Assembly: GCA_965237415.1 (NCBI GenBank)
Contig: CBDEFM010000002.1
Location: 3,296,001-3,360,000 of the forward strand
Reading direction: 5' to 3'
Source: Alphaproteobacteria bacterium
GTDB lineage: Bacteria > Pseudomonadota > Alphaproteobacteria > UBA828
DNA: 64,000 nucleotides
Part shown: in pieces, positions 22,301 to 31,660 of the stretch
How the letters are laid out: every line of letters starts with the position of its first letter
Position numbering within the stretch: position 1 is the first letter of the stretch
Translations under genes and position numbers: made by a program
Notes under the pieces: model-generated
The model's input: only the letters and a program-made list of their open reading frames with translations
The model's database searches: none
What the model was told of the DNA's origin: nothing

Positions 22301-23176
22301 GTGGATACTGTTATTCAGACGCTGGTGAACGCTCTGATGCAGAGCAGTTTCGTCGCGTTGATGGCGGTGGGCCTGGTTCTCATCTTCGGCGTCATGCGGG
22401 TCATCAACTTCGCCCATGGCGAGTTCTTCATGGCCGGCGCCTATGTCGTGTTCTGGCTCTACGCGCAGCACGAGCTGCCGTTCTTCGCCGCCGTCGTCGC
22501 CGCCATGATCATCGTGGGAATCATCGGCTTGATCATGGAGCAGATCCTGTTCAAGCCGATGCGGGACAACCCGCTCGGCGGGCTGATCATGTCGATCGGC
22601 GTGCTGTTGATCCTCCAGGTGCTGGCGGCCGTCACCTTCGGCGTCGGCCTGATGAAGCACATCCCGCCTCTCTATCCCGGGGCGACGCAGGTCTTCGGCT
22701 TGGAGGGCGCCTTGGTGCCGTGGCAGCGGCTCGTCGCCTTCGGCATTGCGGTCGTGCTGCTGATTGGGTTCTGGCTCTTCCTCAAGCGCACGCGCCTCGG
22801 CTGGGCGCTCCGCGCCTGCGCGCAGGACCGCGAGGCGGCGGCGCTGCAGGGCATGTCGATCAACAAGCTGGCGCTGCTCGCGATGGGGCTCGGCGCCGGC
22901 ATGGCGGGCGCCGCCGGCGCGATCATGGCACCGCTGGTGCGGGTCTACCCCTATATCGGCGGCCCGGTGATCGTGACCGCCTTCATCGTTATCATCGTGG
23001 GCGGAATCGGCAGTCTCGAAGGCGCCGTTCTGGCCGCCGTGCTCTACACTTTCTTCCACACGTTCGTGGCCACCTACCTCGACGGCACCATCGCGAGCAT
23101 CCTCGGCCTGTTGCTGATGCTGCTCGTGCTGATCGTGCGGCCCGCCGGCCTCCTGGGTAAAGGTGAGAAGGTCTAG
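22301..23176 (+). CDS. livH: HAAT ABC permease (LivH-like)
   Basis: GLVLIFGVMRVINFAHGE, GGIGSLEGA, RPAGLLG. Confidence 0.9.
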   Translation: MDTVIQTLVNALMQSSFVALMAVGLVLIFGVMRVINFAHGEFFMAGAYVVFWLYAQHELPFFAAVVAAMIIVGIIGLIMEQILFKPMRDNPLGGLIMSIGVLLILQVLAAVTFGVGLMKHIPPLYPGATQVFGLEGALVPWQRLVAFGIAVVLLIGFWLFLKRTRLGWALRACAQDREAAALQGMSINKLALLAMGLGAGMAGAAGAIMAPLVRVYPYIGGPVIVTAFIVIIVGGIGSLEGAVLAAVLYTFFHTFVATYLDGTIASILGLLLMLLVLIVRPAGLLGKGEKV

Positions 23177-24206
23177 CCGGCTCATAGCGACCGGCGGTGG
23201 CCTCGCGGCGCTGCTGGCCGTTTTCTGCGCGCTGCCCTTCCTGGTCGCGCTCTACCGCCTCGACATCCTGATCTTCATGCTCATCAACGTGATCCTGGCG
23301 GTGAGCTACCGCTTCCTCACGCTGGCCGGGGAGTTCTCGCTCGGCCATGTGGTGATGATGGGCGTCGGCGCCTACGGCAGCGCGCTCGCCACCAAGGAGG
23401 CGGGGCTATCGGTCTGGCTCGCGGCGCCGCTGGCGGCGGCGTTCACTGGCCTCCTCGCGCTGCTGCTGGCCTTCCCGCTGTTCCGGATGAAGGGCTTCTA
23501 CTTCCTGATCGGCTCGTTCGCCGCGGGCGAGGCGATCCGCCTCACCTGGAACCGCTTCCGCGACCCCTTCGGCGGGCCGGGTGGCATTGTGTACATTCCC
23601 TCGCCGGAAATTCCGCTCCCCGTCCTCGGTATGTTCGACGTCGCGGCGGACGCCCGCGCCTATTACTTCCTCACGCTCGCGATTGTGGTCATCACGATCT
23701 TCATCTTCTACCGGCTGGAGCACTCGCGCTTCGGCCTCACGCTGCACGCGATCCATTGGAAGGACGTGCTGGCCGAATCGGTCGGTGTGCATATCTGGTG
23801 GTACAAGACCTTCGCTCTGGTGGTGGCGTCGGCCTTCGCCGGACTCGCCGGCGGGCTCCTCGGCCACTATCTCGGCACAGTCAACCCGACCCAGTTCAAC
23901 CTGCACATCATGCTCTTCGTGCTGGTGTGGGTGATCGTCGGCGGCACGCGGACCATCGCCGGCCCCATCGTGGGCGTCGTGGTGCTGACGGTTGTCGACC
24001 AAGGGCTGCGCAGCCTCGACGAATGGCGGCCGCTGTTTTACGGCGCGATCCTGATTCTGACCGTGATGTTCCTTCCGGACGGGCTAGAGAGCCTGCCGCG
24101 TCGGGCCAAGGAGTGGTGGGAGTTGGCGCGGCACGGGCGCCGGCCGCCGGTCAGCGACGATGAAGAACCAGCGGAGTCAGATAGACCGCCGCCTCGAGAC
24201 ACCTGA
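23163..24206 (+). CDS. livM: HAAT ABC permease (LivM-like)
   Basis: SLGH..GVGAY, GFYF, SRFG, IVGG..TIAGP, PDGL. Confidence 0.9.
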   Translation: MRRSSRLIATGGGLAALLAVFCALPFLVALYRLDILIFMLINVILAVSYRFLTLAGEFSLGHVVMMGVGAYGSALATKEAGLSVWLAAPLAAAFTGLLALLLAFPLFRMKGFYFLIGSFAAGEAIRLTWNRFRDPFGGPGGIVYIPSPEIPLPVLGMFDVAADARAYYFLTLAIVVITIFIFYRLEHSRFGLTLHAIHWKDVLAESVGVHIWWYKTFALVVASAFAGLAGGLLGHYLGTVNPTQFNLHIMLFVLVWVIVGGTRTIAGPIVGVVVLTVVDQGLRSLDEWRPLFYGAILILTVMFLPDGLESLPRRAKEWWELARHGRRPPVSDDEEPAESDRPPPRDT

Positions 24207-24891
24207 GATCGCTCGGAGCCTGGCCGTCTGCGAGGGCCGCCAGACGCTCCGGACCGAAGCTGACCGGATCACGCTTGATCGCTTCCGCCCATTGCCGGGC
24301 ATCCTGCGCCCTCTCGTGGGCGCCGGCCTGCTGCCGTTGTGACGCCAGGGCGCGCAGTATCGGCGCCCGGTCTGCGTCCCGCCAGCTGAGGCCGGCCGCC
24401 CGCTTCTGCTCCGCTTCTTCCAGCGCTGCCGTTGGGTCGCGAGCGAGATGGGCACCGCCTGCGAGCGCCGCTGCCCGGCCGGCGCCCAGCAGCCGGGCGT
24501 AGCTCGCGCGGGCAACGGCGTCGTACCCGCCGGGATGCTTCGCTTGCAGCCGCAGATGGAAGCCCGAGCTCCGCGCTCGGTGGGCCACGCCCATGCGCGC
24601 GACCCAGGCCTCCGCCTCCTCCCAGGCCCGGAGCGCCCGGCGGAAGGCCCGACGTGCCGCCTGGGCGTTGCCGGCAGCGGCGTGGCAGAGGGCGAGGTGG
24701 GTCCGGCTCGCCGCCCGGCGCGGGTCGTCCGCGGTGAACGCCCTGGCAATGGCGGCGGCGGAGCGCCAGGCGGCGTATGCCTCCTCGATACGGCCCGCCT
24801 GGAACGCCGCGAGGCCTTCCCGCGCCCGCGCTTCCCAGCGCTGCTCGGCGCCGGGCGCCGCACCGCTGCCTTTCCTAGGATTGGCCCGCAT
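24151..24891 (-). CDS. Hypothetical TPR-like helical protein
   Basis: Ala-rich helical repeats (DPRRAAS..LAL); starts 3 nt after the LytTR stop. Confidence 0.6.
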   Translation of the reverse strand: MRANPRKGSGAAPGAEQRWEARAREGLAAFQAGRIEEAYAAWRSAAAIARAFTADDPRRAASRTHLALCHAAAGNAQAARRAFRRALRAWEEAEAWVARMGVAHRARSSGFHLRLQAKHPGGYDAVARASYARLLGAGRAAALAGGAHLARDPTAALEEAEQKRAAGLSWRDADRAPILRALASQRQQAGAHERAQDARQWAEAIKRDPVSFGPERLAALADGQAPSDLRCLEAAVYLTPLVLHRR

Positions 24892-24894
24892 CGC

Positions 24895-25710
24895 TCAGAG
24901 CAGGCCGGCGGCGCGCGCGGCGGCCATGTACGTGCGGCTCACCGGCACCTCATGGCCCCCGGTGAGCCGGAGCGTCGTGCGGCCGTGGCGACGCGCAGCC
25001 CCTGTCACATGGCGGCTCGCGACCCAGTAGGTGCGGTGGACCCTGAGCCCGTCCGCGCCGTCGAGCTCCGCAACGGCGTCGACGAAGCGCATCAGGACCA
25101 GGGTCGAGCCTGCCGTGGTAACTGCCTCCACGTAGTGGTCGGCGGTCTTGAGATAGACGAGGTCGCGGCCGAGTTTTTCGGGCAGGCGGTCGAGGAAGCG
25201 TGCCCCAGGCGCGGGGCCGGGGCGGTCGGCTGAAGCCTCGGCCGGGTCCGCGCCGCGTCCGGCGACGCCCCCCTCCGCCAGCCGGCGGCGCACTTCGAGG
25301 ACCGTGACGACCGCAAGCCCGATCACCAGCATCAATACCGCCACAGAGAGATAGATGATGGGCACCGAGATGTCGGCGGCGTAGCCCGGCCGCAAGAGCG
25401 CCTCGGCGGCGAACACCACCCCGGTACCGGGGGCGGCGGCGACAGGGGCCGCCGCTGCCGTCACCACCGCCCGCCTGCGAATCGTTTGGCCGCCTGCGGT
25501 GACGAGCGCCAGCATCATGATGCTGCCGCAGACGAGCCAGTTGCCGCCCATCGCCACCGCCCAATAGCCGATGCGGCCGGGCAGGCCGAACGAATCGTAG
25601 GTGCCGAAGGGGCCGATGAAGGCGAAGAGCAGCACCAGGCCGACGAGCGCCGCCGCCTGACCGGCCAGCGAGCGGCGCAATTCACGAAGCGTGAACGGCG
25701 ATTCCTGCAA
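24895..25710 (-). CDS. Membrane-bound LytTR-family regulator
   Basis: About four N-terminal TM helices (GPFGT) plus C-terminal LytTR domain (DHYVEA, RVHRTYWV, VPVSRTY). Confidence 0.9.
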   Translation of the reverse strand: MQESPFTLRELRRSLAGQAAALVGLVLLFAFIGPFGTYDSFGLPGRIGYWAVAMGGNWLVCGSIMMLALVTAGGQTIRRRAVVTAAAAPVAAAPGTGVVFAAEALLRPGYAADISVPIIYLSVAVLMLVIGLAVVTVLEVRRRLAEGGVAGRGADPAEASADRPGPAPGARFLDRLPEKLGRDLVYLKTADHYVEAVTTAGSTLVLMRFVDAVAELDGADGLRVHRTYWVASRHVTGAARRHGRTTLRLTGGHEVPVSRTYMAAARAAGLL

Positions 25711-25810
25711 TTCGCGAATATTCCCGTGGCGTTTGCGTATCGGACGGTGACGCGCGGCGCGGGCCTGCTCACCCTGCCCCGGTCAGCCAACCCCAAGCTT
25801 AGGAGAATAT

Positions 25811-26293
25811 GTGATGACCATTCGAACCGCATCCATCAAGGGCTCAGTACTGGCGGCCACGATTGCCTGTGTCGCATCGCTCGCTTCGGCGGCCGCGGCG
25901 GCGGACCTCGAGGTCCGTATCGACGGCCTGCGCTCGGCCGACGGCGACGTGCGCGTCGCGCTGCATCGGCAGGTGCCGGAGGGCGCCTTCCCCGGCGATG
26001 ACGGCGTGGTCGCCGCGTCCATCCGTCGTGCCGACGAGGGTGCCGTGCGCTTTGTCTTTGCCGACGTGGTGCCCGGCGCCTATGCGGTGGCGGCCTTCCA
26101 CGATGCCGACGGCGACGGCGCGCTCAATCAGAATGTCGTCGGTATGCCGACCGAAGGCCACGGCTTTTCTAATGGCGCGCGCGGCTTCATGGGCCCGCCG
26201 AACTTCGAGGACGCTGCGGTGACCGTGGGCGAGAGCGAGGCCGTGGTCTCCATCACCGTGTCGATCGACTATCCGGCTGGGGCGCAGCAATGA
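25811..26293 (+). CDS. DUF2141 family secreted protein
   Basis: Signal peptide, PGAYAVAAFHD.DGDG.L, G.PTEGHGFSN, GPPNFEDA. Confidence 0.88.
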   Translation: MMTIRTASIKGSVLAATIACVASLASAAAAADLEVRIDGLRSADGDVRVALHRQVPEGAFPGDDGVVAASIRRADEGAVRFVFADVVPGAYAVAAFHDADGDGALNQNVVGMPTEGHGFSNGARGFMGPPNFEDAAVTVGESEAVVSITVSIDYPAGAQQ

Positions 26294-27879
26294 CGGCCGC
26301 GCCCTCGCGCCGTGCGGTGTTGCAGGGCCTGGGTGCCCTGCCGGTCCTAGTGGCGGCCGGCAGGGCAGGGGCGGTGAGCGGCGATGAGGCCCGGCCCGTG
26401 CTCTCCGCTGCGCAACGCCTTACGGGTTTTGCCACGGCGCAGGCCGAGACGCTTGCCGCACCGCTCACGACGCTTGCCGGCCGCCTGCCGCCCGATCTCA
26501 CGGGCGTGCTCTGGCGCAACGGCCCGGCCGAGCACGAGCGCTTCGGCCATCGCTACGGCCACTGGTTCGACGGCGACGGCATGGTGCAGGCCTTCACCTT
26601 CAGCGGAACCGGCGTGACCCACCGCGCCCGTATTCTGGAGACGCCGAAGCGCCGGCGGGAGACGGAGGCAGGCAAACGTCTCCTGCCCGCCTTCGCCACG
26701 CTGCCGCCCGAGACCGTGCCGATCCTCTCGCCCGACGACATGAACGCGGCAAACATCTCCGTGCTCGCCCACGGCGGGCGCCTCATGGCGCTCTGGGAAG
26801 GGGGCTCCGCGCTCGCGTTCGATCCCGAGACGCTGGCTGCCGGCGACTTCGTCTCCTGGCGCGCGGACCTTGCGGGCGCGCCCTTCTCGGCCCACCCCAA
26901 GGTCGAGGCGGACGGCACCTGCTGGAACATCGGCTGCGTCACGGCGCCACAGCCGATGCTGCTCTTCTATCGCATCGATCCCGACGGCCGGCTCGCCGCC
27001 TTCAACGCGCTGCCGGAGGAGCCGCTCGGCATGGTGCACGACTATGTCGTGACCCGGCGCCATCTGGTGCTCGTGCTCTCGCCCTTCGTGGTGGAGCGGG
27101 AGCGCTTCGCCGCAGGCCCGATCAGCTTTCTCGACGCCCATGTCTGGCAACCGGCGCTCGGCACCCGCGTGATCGTGGTGGAGAAGGATTCGCTCACCCC
27201 GGTCCGTCGTTACGAGTTGCCGCCCGGCTTCCACTTCCACCACGGCAACGGGTGGGAGGAGGCGGACGGCACGATCCACCTCGATCTCTGTCAGGCGACG
27301 GACCCGATGTTCGCCATTCACGACCTGCGCGCGGTCATGGAAGGCGACTGGAGCTTCCCCTCCGCCCATCCGCGCTACCGCCGCATGGTGCTCAGGCCCG
27401 GCGGGGCCGCCTCGGTCGAGCAGGTGGCGCCGCGCGTCGCGGATTTTCCACGCATCGACCCGCGGCGCACCGGGCTCCGGCACCGCGCGCTCTTCGCGCT
27501 TACCGGCATAGAAGACGGCGGCTGGCCGTTCTCGCGGATCGACCGGATCGATCCTGACTTGGGTGCGATAGACGGCTGGTCCTACCCACGCCACCTGATT
27601 CCGGAAGAGCACGTGTTCGTGCCGCGCGGGGAGGCGGACGGCGACGGCTGGCTCGTGGGCCCCTTCCTCGATCTGGAGCGGCGCGCCGCCGGGCTCAGCG
27701 TCTTCGACGCCCGGCACCTCGCCGACGGGCCGCTCTGGCAGGGCATCCTGCCCTATCCCCTACCCCTCGGCCTGCACGGGACCTTCGTGGCGGATACCAG
27801 AATTGCTAGCCAATCTTCACGGTCTGTATCCAGCCATCTGCAGAGCAGACTACTTGATCGCACCAACATCTTCATGTAG
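26290..27879 (+). CDS. Carotenoid oxygenase (RPE65/CCD/lignostilbene dioxygenase) family, Tat-exported
   Basis: SRRAVL signal, WRNGP, HWFDGDGMV, four Fe-ligand His (AHPK, MVHD, FHHGN, GLHG). Confidence 0.92.
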   Translation: MTAAPSRRAVLQGLGALPVLVAAGRAGAVSGDEARPVLSAAQRLTGFATAQAETLAAPLTTLAGRLPPDLTGVLWRNGPAEHERFGHRYGHWFDGDGMVQAFTFSGTGVTHRARILETPKRRRETEAGKRLLPAFATLPPETVPILSPDDMNAANISVLAHGGRLMALWEGGSALAFDPETLAAGDFVSWRADLAGAPFSAHPKVEADGTCWNIGCVTAPQPMLLFYRIDPDGRLAAFNALPEEPLGMVHDYVVTRRHLVLVLSPFVVERERFAAGPISFLDAHVWQPALGTRVIVVEKDSLTPVRRYELPPGFHFHHGNGWEEADGTIHLDLCQATDPMFAIHDLRAVMEGDWSFPSAHPRYRRMVLRPGGAASVEQVAPRVADFPRIDPRRTGLRHRALFALTGIEDGGWPFSRIDRIDPDLGAIDGWSYPRHLIPEEHVFVPRGEADGDGWLVGPFLDLERRAAGLSVFDARHLADGPLWQGILPYPLPLGLHGTFVADTRIASQSSRSVSSHLQSRLLDRTNIFM

Positions 27880-27916
27880 CGTGGCTGGGCAATGCACGGG
27901 AAAGGGAGATTGATCG

Positions 27917-29101
27917 ATGAAGCTCCTATTTCTTGTTGCTGCGATCTCGCTGGCAATCCTTGTGGTTGCGCCGACTGAACTATCATCGCAGAGTACAACT
28001 AAAGTCGGAATTTTGGCGCCTGACCGCGGTCTCCAAAGCTGGCTGGGTGACCAAATGAAGGCGGGAACCCTATACGCCATCGACGAAAGCATTTCGACCG
28101 CTTGCATCACAGATACGCAACCCGAACTAGAACTAGTTTTTGCTGGAGGAGCACAAGCCGACCACTATAGCGTGAATCGTGCGGTAGAAATCCTTTTGGA
28201 ACAACATGTCGACGTGATAATCGGCGGCAGTACAATAACCGATGCAACCATTTTGCGGTCTGTAGTTTCTGAACGAGAGATTCCTAGCATTCTTCTGGCA
28301 GAAAGCAGTATCTCTGATGAAAATAGAGGCAAGTTTGGTGATGATGTGCCACACATACTGCAAATTGGTCTTTCCCAAGAGGACGTCTATCGTGTAGCGT
28401 TTGAGAAGTGGCTAGAACTAGTAGGGGGCATAAATAGTCTTTCGGCAGTATACGAGGAGAATGACGCGCTGACGCAGAAATACGCTGCTGCGATTACGCC
28501 AGAGCTATTGCAGAAGCTTGGTATTAATTCACAGTTTTACAAAATTCCTTATAAAAGCACGAGGAAACCGCAGTATGATGGGGTTATACAGGAGATAAAT
28601 GACATAGATCCTGACGCGCTTATCGTGTCTGGATCAGCATTTGACATCAAGAATTTGATTTACAAGGCTGCAGTTGATTTGGAAATTGGGCCCAAGCCGA
28701 TATATGTTGTGCCGCCGTTCGGGGTGGAGGAACAAACTCTGCGCATTATTGATTATGCTTATGCGCCGATTTATTTCGGTGCTCAATTTTGGCCCGACGA
28801 AGCGGATGCATGCACCCAAAGCTTTATTGAGAAAGTGCGCTCTCACCTGAACTGGCAGGCCGGCGCGCCACCTAGTATTCTGGCGATCAGGGCGTATGAT
28901 GCAGTTCAGGTGGTGAAAGAAGCGTGGAAAGACGGCGAATTTAGCGGTTGGGAGAAGGTGAAGTCTGTTGAGGGTATTACAGGACCCCTTACTTTGCAGG
29001 ATGATCATGTAACCATGGCGGGGCCCACGCGAGTAATTGTTTCTGACCCCAGCACGGGAATGACGACGTGGGATGCTTGGCTCCCAAGGGTAGTCGAGTA
29101 G
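27917..29101 (+). CDS. Divergent LivJ-like periplasmic binding protein (AT-rich)
   Basis: Signal peptide, KVGILAP, VDVIIGG, RAYDAV, EGITGPL. Confidence 0.75.
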   Translation: MKLLFLVAAISLAILVVAPTELSSQSTTKVGILAPDRGLQSWLGDQMKAGTLYAIDESISTACITDTQPELELVFAGGAQADHYSVNRAVEILLEQHVDVIIGGSTITDATILRSVVSEREIPSILLAESSISDENRGKFGDDVPHILQIGLSQEDVYRVAFEKWLELVGGINSLSAVYEENDALTQKYAAAITPELLQKLGINSQFYKIPYKSTRKPQYDGVIQEINDIDPDALIVSGSAFDIKNLIYKAAVDLEIGPKPIYVVPPFGVEEQTLRIIDYAYAPIYFGAQFWPDEADACTQSFIEKVRSHLNWQAGAPPSILAIRAYDAVQVVKEAWKDGEFSGWEKVKSVEGITGPLTLQDDHVTMAGPTRVIVSDPSTGMTTWDAWLPRVVE

Positions 29102-29161
29102 TCTGTGTTAGTTTAGGCTCAAATAGCAGGAAATATGTACGTTTAGGTTCGGACATATAGT

Positions 29162-29692
29162 ATGTGGAAGAAGGTTAGGGAGCATTGGTTGATATCAGTG
29201 CTTCTACCTATATTAGTAGTACCTGTAATTTTGATGTTTGCAAAAAATCACTTTATTGATATTCCTGCGAGAAGTCCAGATCTGGAATATAGAGTGTTTC
29301 ATGGGATACACGGGCAATCCGATAATTCCATTGAATACATTACTTACATTCATGTGGAGAACACGGGGAAAGGCGAAAGTTTAGAGGATCGAGCTTACGT
29401 CTTGGCAAAGTTCTATGGGATAATACTGAAGCTTAGTGAGCCATGGTCTCTTCCAATCGGAAGTCGTTTTGTTGACGAGAATAATAGAGAAATCGTATCA
29501 TGTATACGCAGATCAGTTTGTAAGTTGATGTTGGGAAACTTGGTGTCTAATGGTCGAGTGTCCGTTGGCTTCATTTCAAACAATACATTGATCGACCTTC
29601 CTCAAATTAGTTATGGTGGACTTCTAATAAAGCCTTCCCACTGCCGAGGAATTAGAGAGTCGCTACTGCCGTCTTGCGAAGTCGAGAGTTGA
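29162..29692 (+). CDS. Hypothetical membrane-anchored protein (AT-rich)
   Basis: 176-aa ORF in AT-rich DNA, N-terminal TM, four Cys. Confidence 0.6.
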   Translation: MWKKVREHWLISVLLPILVVPVILMFAKNHFIDIPARSPDLEYRVFHGIHGQSDNSIEYITYIHVENTGKGESLEDRAYVLAKFYGIILKLSEPWSLPIGSRFVDENNREIVSCIRRSVCKLMLGNLVSNGRVSVGFISNNTLIDLPQISYGGLLIKPSHCRGIRESLLPSCEVES

Positions 29693-29791
29693 GCTCACAC
29701 TATTTTCGCATTGAGAGTGCGGGGATCGAGTTCGACAGACTGACGTTGTCGTTCCGGCAGCCGTGTCGCGGAGGCGAGCGAAGCCAGTACC

Positions 29792-30997
29792 CTAAAGGGC
29801 GGGGTCAGTCGAGGGCAGGCCGAGCAGCACGCGGCCGTGGTTCGACGCGTTCACGTCCCAATTCTGGGTGATGTGGCCGCGGATGCAGTTGAGGTCCCGC
29901 ATCGCCCGCGAGATCGGGTTGCGGTCGTAGAGGCCGGCGCCGCCCGAGAGGTGGAAGAGCAGGTCCACCGCTTCGGCCGCGAGCTTGCCCGCCATGGTCG
30001 CCTTGGCGCGAAGCTCCGTCTTGAGCGGCATCGGCGCGCTCTCGCCGCGCGCGGCGATCGCCATCCCTGCGTCGCAGCAATGGTGCAGCAGAAGCCGGGC
30101 GGTCTCGATCGCGGTGTGGGCCTCGGCTACCTTGACCTGGGCGGTGGAATAGTCGGCCATGCTCTTGCCCGACATCCGCGCGACCCGGTCGCGGGTGCGC
30201 GCGACGAAGTCGTCGTAGGTGGCCTGGGCCACGCCGACCGCGACGATGCTCTGGTTGATAGAGAACATGGCGAAGGCCGGCAACTTGTAGAGCGCCGCGT
30301 CGTTCACCGCACACCCCGGCGCATCGCCGCCGCCCTTGGTGGCGTCGATGGGGAGCGCCCGGCGGTCCGGCACGAAGATGTCGTCCACGGCGACATCGGC
30401 GCTGCCCGTGCCGCGCAGGCCGGCGGTGTGCCAGGTGTCGATGATCTCGAATTGGCCGTGCGGCACGGCGTGCATCTGGGCGACCTTGGGGACGCCGTCG
30501 CCCTCCGTGAATGCCGTCGCGATGAACCAGTCGGCGCCGTAGACGCCACTTGCGAAGGGCCAGCGCCCGCTGATCCGCCAGCCACCGTCTACTCTCACGG
30601 CCCGCCCGCAGCTCGGGATCAAGACGCCCGCCACCATGGCGTCCGGTGTCGCGCCCCAGATTTCGTCCTGCCCATCGCCGGGCCAGTAGCCGAGCAGGCA
30701 GTTGTGGGAGCAGTACTGAGTCAGGCACCAGCCGGCGGCGCTGCAAGCGATCGAGATGGTCTCCACGATATCGGCCATGCCCGAAAAATGCGCCTCGGCC
30801 CCGCCGTGGCGGGCGGGCTGCAGGATGCGGTGGATACCGGCGTCCCGCATCGCCTGCATGGTCTCGGGCGCGAGCCGGCGGGTCTCCTCGGTCTCGTCCG
30901 AGCGCTCGCGCAAGGTATCCCTGAGCCCCTTCGCCCGCGCGAGGAGGTTTCCCCGGGTCCTGACCGCTGCCGCGCCTGCGCTTGCCGCCTCATTCAT
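29792..30997 (-). CDS. Two-component flavin-dependent monooxygenase, acyl-CoA dehydrogenase fold (HsaA-like)
   Basis: LQPARHGG, SGRWPFASG, DTWHTAGLRGTGS, RAMRD...HIT. Confidence 0.88.
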   Translation of the reverse strand: MNEAASAGAAAVRTRGNLLARAKGLRDTLRERSDETEETRRLAPETMQAMRDAGIHRILQPARHGGAEAHFSGMADIVETISIACSAAGWCLTQYCSHNCLLGYWPGDGQDEIWGATPDAMVAGVLIPSCGRAVRVDGGWRISGRWPFASGVYGADWFIATAFTEGDGVPKVAQMHAVPHGQFEIIDTWHTAGLRGTGSADVAVDDIFVPDRRALPIDATKGGGDAPGCAVNDAALYKLPAFAMFSINQSIVAVGVAQATYDDFVARTRDRVARMSGKSMADYSTAQVKVAEAHTAIETARLLLHHCCDAGMAIAARGESAPMPLKTELRAKATMAGKLAAEAVDLLFHLSGGAGLYDRNPISRAMRDLNCIRGHITQNWDVNASNHGRVLLGLPSTDPAL

Positions 30998-31003
30998 GGC
31001 GCC

Positions 31004-31660
31004 TCAACCCTCCATCAGCACGTCGTGGGCGAGGTGGTCCGCCACCCGGTCGAGGCCCTCGCCGGTGCGGCAGTTGGTGACCAGGACCGGCCGCCCGGCG
31101 CGGACCTCTTCGGCCTCCTTCCGCATGAGCGCGAGATCGACTCCCACGTGGGGCGCGAGGTCCGACTTGTTGATGATGAGCAGGTCGGCCCGGATGATCC
31201 CGGGCCCCCGCTTGCGCGGAATGTCGCCGCCGCCCGAAACGTCGATCACGAAGAGCCAGTAGTCCACCAGATCGAGGGAGAAGGTGGAGGCGAGATTGTC
31301 GCCGCCGCTCTCGATCAGGATGAGGTCGAGGGGGCGAAGCTGCTCCTCCAGCAGGTCAGCGGCCTCGATGTTGAGCGTCGGGTCCTCGCGGATGACCGTG
31401 TGGGGGCAGGCGCCGGCCTCGACACCCACGACCCGCTCCGGCGGGATCAGGCCGCTCCGCTGCAGCCGCTCTGCATCCTCCCGCGTCACCAGATCGTTGG
31501 TGACGATGGCGAGCGAGGTGCCGCGCGCTGCAAAGAGCGGCAGCAGCCCCTCGATGAGCGCCGTCTTGCCGGAACCCACCGGCCCGCCGATCCCGACCCG
31601 CGCCGCGCTCGGCGCCGCCGCCGATGTCGCGGCCTCTGCCTGCGCCGTTCCTGTCGTCAC
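31004..31660 (-). CDS. ureG: UreG-like Ni-chaperone GTPase
   Basis: [34 protein letters not shown]; GTG 31660. Confidence 0.92.
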   Translation of the reverse strand: MTTGTAQAEAATSAAAPSAARVGIGGPVGSGKTALIEGLLPLFAARGTSLAIVTNDLVTREDAERLQRSGLIPPERVVGVEAGACPHTVIREDPTLNIEAADLLEEQLRPLDLILIESGGDNLASTFSLDLVDYWLFVIDVSGGGDIPRKRGPGIIRADLLIINKSDLAPHVGVDLALMRKEAEEVRAGRPVLVTNCRTGEGLDRVADHLAHDVLMEG

